Counted from the first letter of the stretch, positions 38,007 to 52,492 are shown. The stretch: DNA of 64,000 bases from Sphaerodactylus townsendi (GCF_021028975.2 NC_059436.1:1984001-2048000); one strand, 5' to 3'. A program made the numbers and translations. Notes: generated from the sequence alone by a model not told the origin.

Positions 38007-41000
38007 ATGGAGTCTTCTAACTGATGGTAATTGCCGATGTGGCTCTCTATGAACTGCAGACTGAATGCCACTGAACTAGCATATCTTTTTTAAAACTTCC
38101 AACAGATCAACGTCTGCATCTGAACATAAGAACATAAGAACTAGCCTGCTGGATCAGACCAGAGTCCATCTAGTCCAGCACTCTGCTACTCGCAGTGGCC
38201 CACCAGGTGCCTTTGGGAGCTCACGTGCAGGAGGTGAAAGCAATGGCCTTCTGCTGCTACTGCTGCTGCTCCTGAGCACCTGGTCTGCTAAGGTATTTGC
38301 AATCTGAGATCAAGGAGGATCAAGATTGGTAGCCATAGGGGACGGGCGGGAGCAGGACTCCATGGCATTAAACTCTGTTGAGCTCCTTTCCCTTCCACTC
38401 TCCTCCACTCCCAGAAACTCCCAGAATCTCCCAACCCAGTGCTAGCAACCTATGAAAGACCTTAACAAGGACAGCATTCAAGTGATCATGGATAGGGAGC
38501 CTTTAGCCATTACACTAGGCTTTTTTCCCTCCATTTCACAAACTAGCAGCTAATTAATGTATCCATCTTCTCTTGTGAGCAATGACAGGCTCATTTTCAG
38601 CAGTGGAAAGGGTATTGTGCTTAGTGGCTGTCCAGCTTATTACAAAAATCATATCTTTCCATTGTGCAGAATTCATGCTACTCTGTCATTAACACCCAGC
38701 CACAAAAGCTCTGGCCCGGCTTTGATTCAAAGTCAACTTGTGCTTGTAAGTGAAGGCTGAGAGGATCAAAAGCAACAGGACTAATTGATTAAAAATCAAT
38801 ATTTAAGAGGGGAAAAGCTCCAGTGCGATGTGTGTAGGAGGAAAAATTTGCCTTCTTCACACTAATATAAATTATAATTAAAGGTTTGATGAATAAAACA
38901 TGATGAGGCTAATTTTAAAACCCTTTGTGGTATCACCCCAGCTGAAGAATTTTCCACTGTCTTTGTGCAATAAAGTAAGGATGTTGGATTTGTCGTTTTT
39001 TAAGCCTATAAATAACCCCTCCATGCACGACTGAGAAACAACAAGTCTCTTTTATTATTTAGGCACACTCATAAGTCTGTAAAAAGTCAACACAGCCGAC
39101 TGAGAGAGTGTACAAACATTTGGGGCTGTCCAAAATTAAGCAAAGCACATGGACTCCAAATGCTTGGCCAAAGGGGGGGGGAGTGGGGGCCAATGCTGAT
39201 GGGTGCCAGGTGGTAAAACCCCATTGAGACCAATGAGGACTGCAGACATGTAATCGGGAACAGATTTTCAAATCTGGCAGAGGAAAATGTCGCTTAAAAT
39301 AAGAAGGCTTTTCCAGTGGTGCAACTCGCCATTCCAGCGTCATGTTTCTCATTAACCCCCCCCCCCCCGTCCAATTATCCAAATCCTGTCATTAATAAAA
39401 TTTACCATGCCTTTCCCCCATACAGCAAGTGGATTGAGCCCCCTGTTTATAATTAATTTTATTTTATAGAGCTTGGTTTCAAACACTAATTATTGCCAGG
39501 ATTCCATAACATACTGTTGGCTAACAAACACACTTACGTCTTGGCTAACTTTGCAGCATGAACATTTGTATACTGTGTATTAATTAGAGACTCTAACGCA
39601 AGAATAAGGGCTGATATGAGAGAAAATGGCAGGTGCAGCCAGCCATTACCACACAACGGTCTGTGGAATACAACAAGAGCTGAGTACAACCTCCCCACCC
39701 CACCTTCCATGCTAGCCAATATACATAAGTGGAAATGTAGGGAAGGCTTATGTAGGTGGGCTTATGATATAATCAACTTCATTTTTTTCTTTCATGAAGA
39801 AGAAGAGTTTGGATTTATATCCTCCTTTCTCTCCTGTAAGGAGACTCAAAGGGGCTTACAATCTCCTTTCCTTCTCCCCCCACACAACAAACACCTTGTG
39901 AGGTGGGGAGGGCTCCGAAGAACTGCGACTAGCCCAAGGTCACCCAGATGGCATGTGCTGGAGTGCACAAGCTAATCTGGTTCTCCAGATAAGACTCCAC
40001 AGGTCAAGTGGCAGAGCGGGGAATCAAATTCGGTTCTCCAGATCAGAGTGCACCTGTTCTTAACCACTACACCATGCTGGCTCTCAACTGTATGAGATCG
40101 GATACAGCGGGAGGGAGGTGACAAGTCTGTACCCAACTCAGAAAAAGAATGCTTTGGCCCTGAATGAGCCCCAACAAGAGCTGCCTTTCTCATTTTTCTT
40201 CATTTTTCCACCCCTGCAGGGATTGAGAACTTCTGAAATGTGTAGCTTTCTCCTCCAGTCTGTTGGGTATATATGTATATAATCCAATCCATTCCAATCC
40301 AAAAACCTTTATTAGGCATAAATATATATGTATATTAGCAGAGAAGAGCAGAAGAGACAGATTCGCAATTGCTTTTTATATATGAGTTTGCTAACTATAA
40401 AGGGAGGATTACACGAAGATAAAATAAGAAATCCTTTGATTCCCCACTTTTCCACATGAGCAGCGGGCTCTATATCTGGATAACCGGGTTTAATTCCCCA
40501 TTTCTCCACATGAGCAGCAGACTCTAATCTGGAGAATTCATTCCTCACTCCTACCCATAAAGCCATGGGTGATCTTGGGCTTGCCACAGTCCTCTCAGAA
40601 CTCTTAGCCCCACCTACCTCACAAAGCATCTGTTGTGGGGGAGGGGAAGTCCATTGTAAGCTGCTTTGAGACTCTTTACTGTAGAGAAAAGGTGGGTTAT
40701 AAAAGCCAAGTCTTTTTCACATGTGTCTATTTTCCCTACCAGCGAGGCCTGCCCCCCACCAAAAAGTTAAGCCTTCTGATTTTATTTGTTCTGTACAAGA
40801 CCTGATTTGCTTGTCATATGTGGCATCTAAAGTTGCAATGCTAACAATGCTTACTAGGAGTGAATCCCATTGAAATGTGGTGCATTTATTCCTTCATACA
40901 TCTGGTTAGGAATGCCTAGCGTTAGAGCCATGTTATGCATGCAACAAAGCCTAGGTGGAGTTGGCATCTCTGTTCCACTTGTAACATCCATGTTTTTAAA

Positions 41001-44000
41001 AAGGTGACAAACAAAATGAGCATATCCCCCCCTTCCCCGATTTTCTGTAAACAGGTAGTAGCACGAGATACGGGAACAAATCTCAAGCGCTGGAGAGTTG
41101 AGAGAATTGGTGTTTCCACAGTTCCTCAAAAATGATCATCTGTACTCATTCTGGAATGCCCACACTCATGTGCCTATTTAAAGCAGCCAGATGATTGCAA
41201 AAATTCCTGGGGAGAGAAAAGAAGTATAAATATCTCCAAAAGCACTATCAATACTGACCACATTTCCAAACAGCATTCAGCTCTATTTTTTAAGTGTCAA
41301 ATGTTTCCGTAGAGTTTTGGAAACTCTTGGGTAAAATGAAATTAGAAGGAGATGGGTTTATGGTTGCATGCATGGGCTGGATTCAATTGAGACCCCACCC
41401 AGTTTTCTCAACTCAGGAAACTGCCAGCAGTTATTCTACCCAAGACAGTTGCCTCTTCCATTGACTTAGCAGTTAAAGGTCACAAATCTGGGCTGATCAA
41501 GCCCAACTCTGTTTTCTTCATGTGAGGTCACAGGGACATAAGTATCACAGCGAATGTCCCAGCAAGTTTGGACTAGAATGCATGGGCATAGTCAATAAAT
41601 AAGCAAAACATGGTTACATAGAAAATCCCTGCACACAGAAAGCGAGATAACCTGAAAGACATATCCCGAATGCATTCCTGATGGCTTCCATGTGAATTTG
41701 ATTTGTGTGTGTGGATGAGCACTACGATCTACTACTTGTAGTGATACTGGGGACCACATCAGATGAAATGTTGGGAGAGCCATTATTAGATCTCTTGCTG
41801 CTTTGTTTCCATAAACAGCAGACATGGGGGGAACTGATCTGGAACAGGATGAAGACAAAGGGAAGGAGCTCCAGGCACCTCCTAAGAAAACAAGAGGTGC
41901 CTGCTGGACCAGGCTCAAGATCCATTTAGCCCAGCATCTTGTTTCCTACAATGGACAACCAGATCGGTCTGGGAGTCTACAAGCAGGGCAACAAAAGCAA
42001 TAGCCTTTCCCCTCTATGTGCCCCCACCGCCACCCCTGCTAGAAACTGGTACACTACCGTTGTCTCTGTGAATATGGCTGATGTACTTTTAATGCCAGAC
42101 CCAGCAGCCAACACCACAATTTGGTCCATCAAATTCCCTAGATTAATTATATATTGTGTGACAGTAACTTTGGTGGTCTTCTTGCTTGACATACCCCCTC
42201 TTCCAATAAATATTTTACCAGTCCTTTGCAAACTAGGCAGAAGTCTTGAATTTTCCAGGAGTTGGTAGGGTTGCCAATTGCCTTGGGGGGACAGGAAATA
42301 CTCCATAGCCCAAAATGGACTTATGCCATCCTTTCTGGTGGTGTAGCTGCAAGGGCAACGCTAGGGCATTCCGAGCTCCAAAGCCCGGTGGAAGCTGACC
42401 AAGTCGTCTCCTTCCCCAAGAATGCTTCCCACTGTGCCAGTGTCCTCCTGGACAACCACACTGCTTTAGGGGCCAGGCCATCTTCCAGGTCAGGTGTCCC
42501 AAGGTCCACAGCACCTGCTCACCTTCCAATTTGCCCTCCCCTCTGGTGTAAGTCCCTTTCCCTCCCTCCCTCCCCCCCCCCAATAGGATTGGGCTGCCTG
42601 ACTGTTAAAATCTGGGCTCAAATCCATGACTTTGAAACTGATTGGGTGACCTTAGACCAGTCACTCTCTCAGCCTAACCCACCTCACAGGGTTGTTAGGA
42701 GGATAAAATAAAGAACCATGTATGGTACTCTGAATTCCTTGGAGGAAATGTGAGTTAAAATACAATTGACGGAAATGAACACAAGCACCAAGACAACCAG
42801 AATGAGTTACAAGAATCTGGGATATCTGCTGTATTAATACACTGACTTATATGTGCATGTCTGAGAAGGAACAAGTGTTTTGATGTTGTCTAGAAACCTC
42901 TTTGTTTATTTTGGAATGCCTTCAAACAGAACATTCAAGATTACATTTAATATGTAATTCTTTAAAAAATGCAAAGCCCTTTGGAGTAGAGATATGTGTT
43001 AAGAAAAAATTAGAATGTGTGTCACAGGTGTAAAGCTGATTCTGTCACCTACATTAAAAATCTTAAAATATTTCCCTAGGAAATAGTCTAGATGTGGGGA
43101 AAGAATCTGACAGGGAAATTGTGCAATTTGCTCTCTAGCACCACCTCATGATGGGAAGGTATAAAAAGTGTCGAGTCATTGATGGTGCCAAATTGGGTGG
43201 AGTGGGGGTACTTAAACAGGCTTTATACTGTATGGAAAAACAGGAATCGGGGGGGATTGCTTAAAGTAACATCTGTTCTATAGTTGTGTGATATAATGGG
43301 ATATCATTAGGTTTCCTTTACTTTTTAATTTCAGAATGGGAGAGCATAGACGCATCGATTTAAAAGGTATCTTCAGTTTTATTTGCAGTGTCCTACAATT
43401 GATGCTGTTTCACAACATAGAAATCTTGCTTCTGAGCTCCTATGTGAAAACTTAAAATGGAAGAATGCTTGACTTTAGTGGGGGTGGGGAGATCTTTGAA
43501 TGCTCTCTTCCACAAGGAAAAAACACCTTGCATGCAGAACACTTCCTATGGTTGCCAGCTCTGGGTTGGGACTGGAGATCTGTGGAGATTTGGGGGTACA
43601 CCTGACCCTCCATGGCTCATACATCCCCATTCCAGTGAATGTTCATCACCTCTGCTTCAGAATTTGGTTGGACAGAAGTAGGTTTGCCAACTGCCTGTCC
43701 CTTGAACCACAGAAGTAGGGTTGCCCACTGCCTGGAGGGGGGGAAATGCCCTGTCCTTTCAACAGAAGCTTGATGGGATCTTATGGCATGAAACGCTTCA
43801 GCTGCCCTTTCTACCCATGAAGCCTCTAGTAAATGGATTTTACCCTACATAGAAAACCAGTTAAGAAAATGCCCATGGATTTTATTAAATCAGAGAAGAT
43901 AATTTGACAAAAATAATTGTTTACAGCGTGGGGCGGGGAGGTCAGTCAGCACAAGAAAGTGTTTGATGCTGAGTTTCGCTCCCTGAAATACCTGGTTTCA

Positions 44001-45414
44001 ATCTGGGGAATCAGCAGCTGCCTACCAAAGGGAACTTGGCTTGGAAATGGTGGCCTGGGGCGGCTCACCACAGAGACTGATTGATCCTTTTACTTAAGAG
44101 AGGCAGACAGCTAGGCTACTCTGCTCCACCTTGTAATCCCTTGATGCTGACTCTTGCTGGTAGGGCAAAGAAGCTGGGACCACAGAGGCAATTTGTGGCA
44201 GACTTGTGGGTTCTCTCCCACTTAACCCTGTTTGCTAACGAAATAAGATGTGGCTTTTTGCGTTCTTTCTTCCCACACGGCCCACAGCTTGCCACTGCCA
44301 AAAGGCAGATGAGAATAGCTCTGTTATAAAGTGTCACCCAAGATGATTTGCGAGTTGATATGGTTGAGGCGGCTGGCTCCTCTTAGAGAGTATATTATAG
44401 ATGAATAGCTCATTAGCCAATATTTCAAATGGTGTGTGTTAGAGGGGTGGGAGTGTGGGAGCATCAAAGTGTGTGTGTATGGTCACACAAGGGGTTTTAT
44501 CCACTTGCCAGGAATAAATCATGAGGGGGAAGGCAATGAAGAAGCGGCAGTCAGGATTCCCACAATGGTTCTTGGTAGAGTTTATGTCTAATGGTTAAAC
44601 GAAGGCTTTAAAAATTTGAACTTCTATGAAGACAAGACTGAGAGGGAGCTTTTGAGATCGTCTACACCTTGGTCTAATGATTTTTTCTGTTTCTGATGAA
44701 AGTTTTTCTTTCCCTAACCATCATGGTAAGAAATTAGCAGCTGAAGTGATCAAGATACCATGTGGATTAGAGGCAGCATTGGCGAACTGGTTAAGAGCAG
44801 GTGCATTCTAATCTAGAGGAATCTGGTTTGATTCCCTGCTCTGCCACTTGAGCTGTGGAGGCTTATCTGGGGAATTCAGATTAGCCTGTGCACTCCTACA
44901 CATGCAGCTGGGTGACCTTGGGCTAGTCACAGCTTCTCGGAGCTCTCTCAGTCCCACCCACCTCACAGAGTGTTTGTTGTGAGGGGGGAAGAGCAAGGAG
45001 ATTGTAAGCCCCTTTGAGTCTCCTCACAGGAGAGAAAGGGGGGATATAAATCCAAACTCCTCCTCCTCTTCTTCTCTCCCATTGGAAACAATGAAGGATG
45101 GGGCACCCACTTTAAGGGACCATAACTTTGCCCCCCTGAACCAAACTTCACCAAACTTGGGCGGTATTATCAGAATAGTCTCTGGATGATAACCTAAAAT
45201 TTTAGTGCCGTTAGTTTTAAAAATGCCCCCTGCAGGCCAAAATGCAAAAAAACCCAAAAAATGCCCAAAAAAATTCAGATGGACCCAGATTTTTCAGCTA
45301 TGCCCAAATATTCGGGTATATCCGAATATGTTATTTGTCTTGTTTGGCATACAGATAATTTTATTCCTGAATAAATCCAAATTTTTATTCTTGAATAAAT
45401 CCAAATCCAAATTT

Positions 45415-47440
45415 TACTTCCTCTCCCTCCTCCCTGCATTAGGTGGGGAATATCTCCTGCCTAATCAGAGGCGAGGACAGGAGGGAGCACTCTCCTCAGT
45501 TCTCTTCTAGTAGCCACATGCAACAAACACACTGAAAGGCAAACAGCACAGTGGCGGCACAGAGCACAGCGGGGCCAGCAGGAGGGTATGAGTGACTGCA
45601 CAGAAGACCACTCTACGAACAACAGTTACAGGTAAATGCAACGTTGCTCTTCCTATTCTGTCAGACCCACATGGGAGAGTAGCAAGCTAAACCAGCAGGA
45701 GGTGGAGGCAAATGTTATGCAATAGAAAATCGCAATGCCCAAGGATGGACAGGTAAGTGGAAACTTTATTAACATTCACTTGAAAATAGATTGTAATACC
45801 GCTTTCCCCACAGTGGATTCTCTGACCGAGTCCACATCCACAGCACAATGATGAACAAACATCAAGGATGAAGACCAAGTTGCTGCAGATATCTTCAATC
45901 CTGATTCTCGCTAGAAAGGCAGCCGATGCTTGAACTCTTGTTGAGTGCTGACCATCATAGGACAGTCCACCTTTGCCAAGGCATAAGCCTTTTGGATGGC
46001 CTTGGTAACCCAGTGCACAAATGTTTGAGTGGAGATACCCATCCCCTTGTGAGACCCCGAAAAGCAATAAACAAGAAGATATCCCTTCTAAATGGTCTCA
46101 TACATTCTGTATAAAAAAGAAGATCCATCCTTCGATCTAGGAAATGGAAAGCCCATTCAGAATTGTTAGAGGGGTTGGGACAAAAAGTAGGGATGACTAT
46201 GTTCTGGGACAGATGGAAAGAATCACACACAATAACCTTTATTGGCATTAGGTATGAGACAGTGGTTATACACTATTCTTAAATTATTAAATTTAAAATC
46301 ATATGTTACATCTATGGATGATGGAAAGAAGAAGCCACCTTGTGGAGGTAGTATAAGCTAGGCCGCAACACAACGTTATTCGGAGGAAACTTAAGAAAAA
46401 GAAGCTCAGCAATCAACACCCTAAGGTCACTAATCCTCCTTGCAGAGATGATGGTGATAAAAAACGCCACCTTATGGGAGTGAAGAGTCATATCACATGT
46501 GGCCCTAGGCTCAAAGGGCTTTCCCATAAGACTAGTTAGTACCAGGGACAGACTCCATTGTGGTAAAGGTTCTTTAACCTATGGGAAAAGATTACCAAGG
46601 CCCTTCAAAAACCTAGTGCAGAAGGGGTGAGAGAACAACAAAGCAGAGTTTAAAACCCACATGAAAGGTCAAAATACGAGCCAAATGCACTTTTATAGAC
46701 AAAATTGGTCAAATTATACTCTTTTAATGACAACAGGTATTCAAAAACCAATGGAAGAGAACAGGTAACTGGATCAACATTTCTCTCATCCGCCAGCCAC
46801 AAAAATGTCTCCACTCTGCTTCATATGATTGCGAGTGGAGAGTTTTCTAGTGGAGAGCAGGACTTCTTTCACATTGTCAGGCCAACTGCTCAGTGAATGA
46901 TCAACCAAGCGGAGGGAAGGAATATAGTGATGGTGAACTCTTCCATTCAGAAGCAGATCCTCCGTTGCCAGGGAAACATGCTCCCCTTGGTCATCTTGTG
47001 CAGCCGTGGGAACTATGGCTGCCTGCTCCAATATGGTGGTATGAGAATGCAGGATGTACAATTCTCCCTGATCTTGGCTGCCGTCTTGTGCAGCAGGGGG
47101 AACGGGGTGGGGAGGGGAATATATAGAAACATTCTGTTCCATTTGAACTGAAAGGGATCGCCCCTGAACCCCTCGCCCAGCCCTGCTCTGGAGCAATAGG
47201 TCTGGCAGTTCAAGTTGTGGAGCGAAGCAAAGAAATTGATGATTGGGATCCCCCAAGCAGCAAAGACAGGGTCTAGATAAAATTGATCCAGGGACCAGTC
47301 TGGTTGAACAGTCAGATCGTGGCTCAGAGAGTCCGCCAAGTTGTTGGTTGTCCCTGCAATGTGAACCACAGTCAGAAAGGCTCGATGTTGTGTGGCCCAC
47401 ATCCAAAGCCCATTTTCCTCTTGAATCTTCTGCTGCTCAC
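45415..47440 (-). mobile_element. Mirror copy of the DIRS1-like element
   Basis: ORFs 47013-47402, 46312-46527 and 45955-46248 carry the same RNase H/MT/YR motifs. Confidence 0.88.
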
Positions 47441-49552
47441 AAAGTTCAGACTAAGTCAGCATTATCCTTTCCTAGCTATGGTTACTCTTAATTTTTCATA
47501 TGTTCAGTTGGAGATTGTCCCACAGAAGTGTGTACAGATTTACAGCCTAGAAAAGCTGTCATGAGTAGGTTTTCTCAGGAGCAAGCTTCATTTTATTCAA
47601 TGGGCCTGACCTACAAGGAAGTGTTCTTAGGATTCCAGCATCTACTACTATAGCTAATTAATAGGTGGGTCCTGAGACAATTAAGGCAGGAGGCTAAAAT
47701 TATTCAAGTGCACCACTGATGTCAAAGTCTCCCCAGTTCTAATCTAACTAATTATACTGCTGCTCAGCTTCCCTCTATTATTATCTCTATAAAATGACAG
47801 GGTTCCCGCTTCTTTCCAGTTCTTCAGCTTTTTTGTTCCAGTTTTGAATGACAACCTTTAATTTATTTAGTTATTCCTCAGACTTACAATCAGCTTCTCA
47901 GGCAAAATTCCCAAGGTGGCCAATAGCAAAAACATTACTGCGTACAAAACTGTGTACAAAATGCAATAAAATGCATCATAGAATTAATGACACAATTAAC
48001 AATAAAAACAAGGAGAAAATTCAAGGCAAGCGCCATCTCGAGATCTTTTTTTAAAAGCTGTATTTAACCTGCTGCTCTGACTTGGCCTATTCCCACAACC
48101 ATCTGGAGGCATTGCAGCTGTAAGCATTTGTAATGGTATGTCTGGAATGGAGTCTGGTTTCCATGGTGGCCATGCACGGTAAAGCCCCCTGGGAGACACT
48201 CTCCTAGGCTGCTCATATGCCAGATGCTCCCTCTCTCCAGCCCCTATTGTCAAAGTGTATAGGGTGTTTCCCCCTGCAACAGGGACCTGTCTTTTTGCAG
48301 AATGTCGCAGACATTGACAGTTTTTCATAAGATCATCATCTTCACAGTGTGAATAGACCCTGAGCTGACTTCTATTTTTACAGGACGCAAACTTCCATTT
48401 TCCAGCCAGTCCTGGATCCAAAACATGCAAAGTATTTTCCAGACTGCTGGAGGCAACCCTACATCCATTCTCTCTCTCCATTTTCAATTAAGAGCTGGCC
48501 TCCAGGCTACCGGGTCTGCTGATCTACACTCCCCACAAAGCTATACATACAGTTGATGGCTCATAAAGACTTTGTGTTAATCTGATTCCCTAAACAGCTC
48601 TGGGCTATATCACAGTCACAGTGGTGATTTCTGTCTAAATCCAAACTTTCTTTCTTTCAGCCTCTGGAAAGTCAGAGAAGTTCTTGAAGGAAGGTTCATG
48701 CGGCATCAGAGATTTCCAGACTGGGGGGCAGGGGCCTATGGCGTTTTCTAATGCAATAAGCTCTGAAATGGGTAAAGATGCTGAGTCAAGGCCTACTGAA
48801 TAAAACACCATTCTCCAGAATGAAGATTTGGAGCTTGAAGTGTGGTGGCCTGAGGTTTGTCTGCTGCAAACCTATAGCAATGGGGAAAACAAGAGGTACA
48901 GCCACCATTTTACACTGGGAGGACGCAGGCACAAAATCAGGGGTGAGCTACTTGCAACTCAGGGTCAAATATAACTCTGGAGGAGGGATACCAACTCTGT
49001 GGCTGGGAAATGCCACAAAGTTGGGGATGGCGCCTCGGGAGGGATGGGGTTGGCAGAGAGACCTCAATGGGGTAGGAATGGCATAAAATCCACCCCTCCA
49101 AAGCAGCCAACCATACCCCTAGAGCAACATTATTTGGCATCCTGGAGACCCTTCTTGTTGTAACCTCATGAATTTAGTAGCTGCTTCTCTTTTGTACTCA
49201 GATATTTGCCCATTTAGAGTTTCTGTGTCCCAACCATGAATACTTCCTTTCCTATCAGACTGTGGTGGGATGAGAACAATTATAAGTTAGAAATGTAAAA
49301 AGCCAAAGACTGTAACACAGACAATATAATTTAGCACCTTTGTTGATTACAAGCCATGCCTAGCCTGCCCTCCATGCAAAGAGACACACTAAAACTATCA
49401 ATTGTAATCAAAGGCCAGTAAAACAATTTCCACACAGACTCACTTTTAAGGGAAACAAATGATGGAGCAAGTAGGGAGATTTTACTCTGTGGCTTTATTC
49501 TCAGCCACTTACCAGGAAAGGCAAATAATCATGTTACTCCATCTGCCTCTTG

Positions 49553-49749
49553 TAGGGTTGCTAGCTCTGAGTTGAGGGGTGAAGCTCGAGGACAGCAAGG
49601 TTTGAAGAGTAGGACTTCAATGGGGTGTGATGCCAGTTTCCACCTTGCCAAAGCAGCCATTTGATCTAGAGGAACTGATCTCTGTCAGCTGGAGATCAGT
49701 TTTAATCCCAGGAGATTCTGTAGCCACTACCTGGAGGTTGGCAAACCTA
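49553..49749. mobile_element. Old non-autonomous DNA transposon with TAGGGTTGCC-type TIRs (its mirror is cut by the window start, 1-71)
   Basis: tagggttgc...ggaggttggcaaaccta. Related fragments at ~490-680, ~9255-9440, ~14840-14950 and 63388-63858. Confidence 0.65.
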
Positions 49750-49825
49750 GCCTCCCTTTACACCCTATCCCTAAGAACACATTCTCCATACACCCTAAGA
49801 ATACATTCCCCATACTGTTATCACT

Positions 49826-50131
49826 AGAAAGCCAGTGTGGTGTAGTGGTTAAGAGCAAGGTGGGATTCTAATCTGGAGAACCAGGTTTGATTCCCCCCCC
49901 ACCCCTCTGCCTGAGTGGTAGAGGCTTCATTCAGGTGAACCAGATGTGTTTCCGTGACTCCCACCCTGTTGGGTGACCTTTGATCAGTCATAGCTCTTTG
50001 GAACTCTCTCAGCCCCACCTACCTCTGCCAAGCAGTCTGTTGTGGGGAGAGGGAAGAGAAAGGAGCTTGTAGCCACCTTGAGTCTCCTTACAGGTCAGAA
50101 AGGTGGCGTATAAATCCAAAACTCTTCTTCT
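49826..50131 (+). mobile_element. Squam3-type SINE
   Basis: gccagtgtggtgtagtggttaagagc...ggtttgattccc, CORE, tail tataaatccaaaactcttcttc. Confidence 0.85.
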
Positions 50132-52197
50132 CTATGATGTGAAGCCAACTCTATTACACAGACCTCTGATCCATAAGGGAGGTTGAATTGTTTTGATCCT
50201 TGTATGAGTATCCAAAGAACAGAGTATCCCCAGTGAATACAGAAGTTGGCCATTCCTGTACTAGACAATAATAATTGCAAAACATGCCTTCCTAGATAGG
50301 AATGGGGTAGTGGTTGATGTGTAGGACTACAATCTTGGGAAACTCAGATTAAAATCTCTACTCTGTTAAGTGGAAGATCACTGGGTAACTTGGGCCTGTC
50401 ACAATAATCTCCAGCCAAACTTGGGGGAGAACGATATAAGCTATGGATCCTCCTGGTAAAACAGGTAGGGTATAAAGGAGTAAAATTCAATTAAAATACA
50501 TAAAAATCCCACCTGGTACAGCATCCTGTTTCCTACTGTAACAGGAATCCCATAGTAATAGCACTCCCTTTGTTTCCTTTGCCCTCATCTTCAAAGCAGT
50601 TTAGGAATTGAGATAAAAAACATTGACTAATTCATTTCTTTTTATATGTATCTATATTCTTTTTCTCAATGATTTCACCCTCTTTTTTAATGTGTTAGCT
50701 CTATAGATTTGTCAGTGTATATTTTATGGAGCTTAGATGTATACATTTATGCTTTTATGTCCCTCGTTTTTTAAACGGCTTATATTCTTTTTATAGTGGT
50801 AATTCATTATACTTTGTAAATTATATATTTGTAAACTGTCAAGCAGAATCATAAAATGATCCTAAATGAGTAATTATTCTATATGTAAATTAATGTGAGA
50901 TATATGCAAAGTGCCAATTTATTAATATATGTTGGTAAATGTGCACAATTTAAGAACAATTCCATGTGAGGACACGCAAAATAATCATGGATCTGAGTCA
51001 TGCATTGAAGGAACAAAATCAAAATGAGGATTTTTCTGGTAAAAGTAACTGGGCCCAACAATTTGAAATAATCTCTTGGGGGGGGGGGGGAGTGCTGCCT
51101 GGGAATGTAGATCTTCCATTTAGCTAATAACACTAATACCCATTAAGAGATAGTATGAAAATTTATTTTCTCTTGTTTATCTTGACCACACTGCCAATCC
51201 ATTTCACTGTATATTTCTGAGGTCTGGTAATATGACAGAAAGTAATGTCCCAGTCCAACAGTTTCTGTTCCACCGTCTCTTTTGCTGGGCAGAATGGTAC
51301 AAGTTGACTTTGTCTTATAAGAAGAAATACTCAGGGGAGCCTTCAGTAAGAAACAGCGACATCTGTGGACAAATGTATTGCTCACAGGGGCAAAGTTTCA
51401 GCAGTGGTTTCTCATGCATAAAGATGAGAGAGAAGTGCACAAGTTTGTTCCTGGGCATTCTAATATTCAATAGAAGGGAGAGGGAAATATCCGTGGATAA
51501 GGTTAAGTTGGAATCAAAATAGTATTTGTTTCTGTTTTAGTAAAACAAGAGAGATTATCCAAAGATTTTTTTGGTTAAGAACTAAATAGCTTCCTGAAAT
51601 GAAGTCACAAAAGCTTTTCAAAGCTATGCCTAATCTTTTCAAGATGAGATATATCCATTAGCCAACTGGACTCTCCCATTACAGTGATCATGTTAGGACA
51701 ATTGTCTTCAGGTTTCAGATTCTGGCACACAGCCAAGTTGCCCTGTTGCCTCATTCAGAAATTCAGCAACCCAAGAAACTCAAAGAAAACTGAGATTCCT
51801 AAAGCATTGTCATAAAGCTAAAAGCACACTGACTGTAGCAAGTGAAACTTTTTTCCAATATGTTGGCTAGAAAGTCATGGAAAAATGTTTGGGGCGGGGG
51901 TCATATAATCCCTCACTTAAGCAGGCCAAGATTGTATGCTTCCTAGGGCTTTGTCCAATCTAAGTATTAAATATCACAAGCAATGAAGCTTCAAATTGCT
52001 TTGGTGTTTCTTGTCTGGCCAAATCTTTTCAACACTGTGCATTTTTAAAGAGGCAGTCAAGCCTTCGATGGAACTATCACAGGAGAAAACCTAGAATTTA
52101 TACTTTCATAGATCTCGGAGGCTAATAAATGTTTCTAAATACATACGGTTGTTGAAAACTGGATTATTAATTTAAAAATTAATTAGTGAAATTAATG

Positions 52198-52492
52198 CAC
52201 CAGTGTGGCGTAGTGGTTAAGAGTAGTGGACTCTAATCTGGAGAATTGGGTTTGATTCCCCACTCCTCCACATGAGCAACAGACCCACCTGGTGAACCAG
52301 GTTTGTTTCCCCACTCCCACACATGAAGCCTGCTGGGTGACCTTGGGCTGGTCACAGTTCTCTCAGAACTCTCTCAGTCCCACCTACCACACAGGGTATC
52401 AGCTGTGGGGAGAGGAAGGGAAGGTGTTTGCAAGCCACTTTGTGAATTGTTGTGTTTGAGAAAAGCAGGGTATAAATCTAAACTCCTCTTCT
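52198..52492 (+). mobile_element. Squam3-type SINE
   Basis: ccagtgtggcgtagtggttaagag...gggtttgattcccc, gggtgaccttgggctggtcac, and tail. Confidence 0.85.

Larger units (their letters stand above)
26875..49623 (-). repeat. Right arm of the giant inverted duplication (lacks the LINE insertion)
   Basis: Colinear reverse complement of 1-5041 plus 8397-26774, with many small indels relative to the left arm. Confidence 0.97.

Noticed and set aside
46786-47406. 206-aa and 183-aa ORFs (mirror 2137-2688) as host genes
   Set aside because: They are alternative frames overlapping the DIRS RNase H/MT region.
47996-48487. 163-aa ORF on the minus strand
   Set aside because: No recognisable motif, non-ATG start, and not open in the mirror copy at ~1110-1600. 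More likely decayed repeat or chance.
1-49623. Fold-back chimera of a single DNA molecule as the sole cause of the palindrome
   Set aside because: Only one arm has the LINE with a TSD and the other has a clean empty site, so two different templates are needed.
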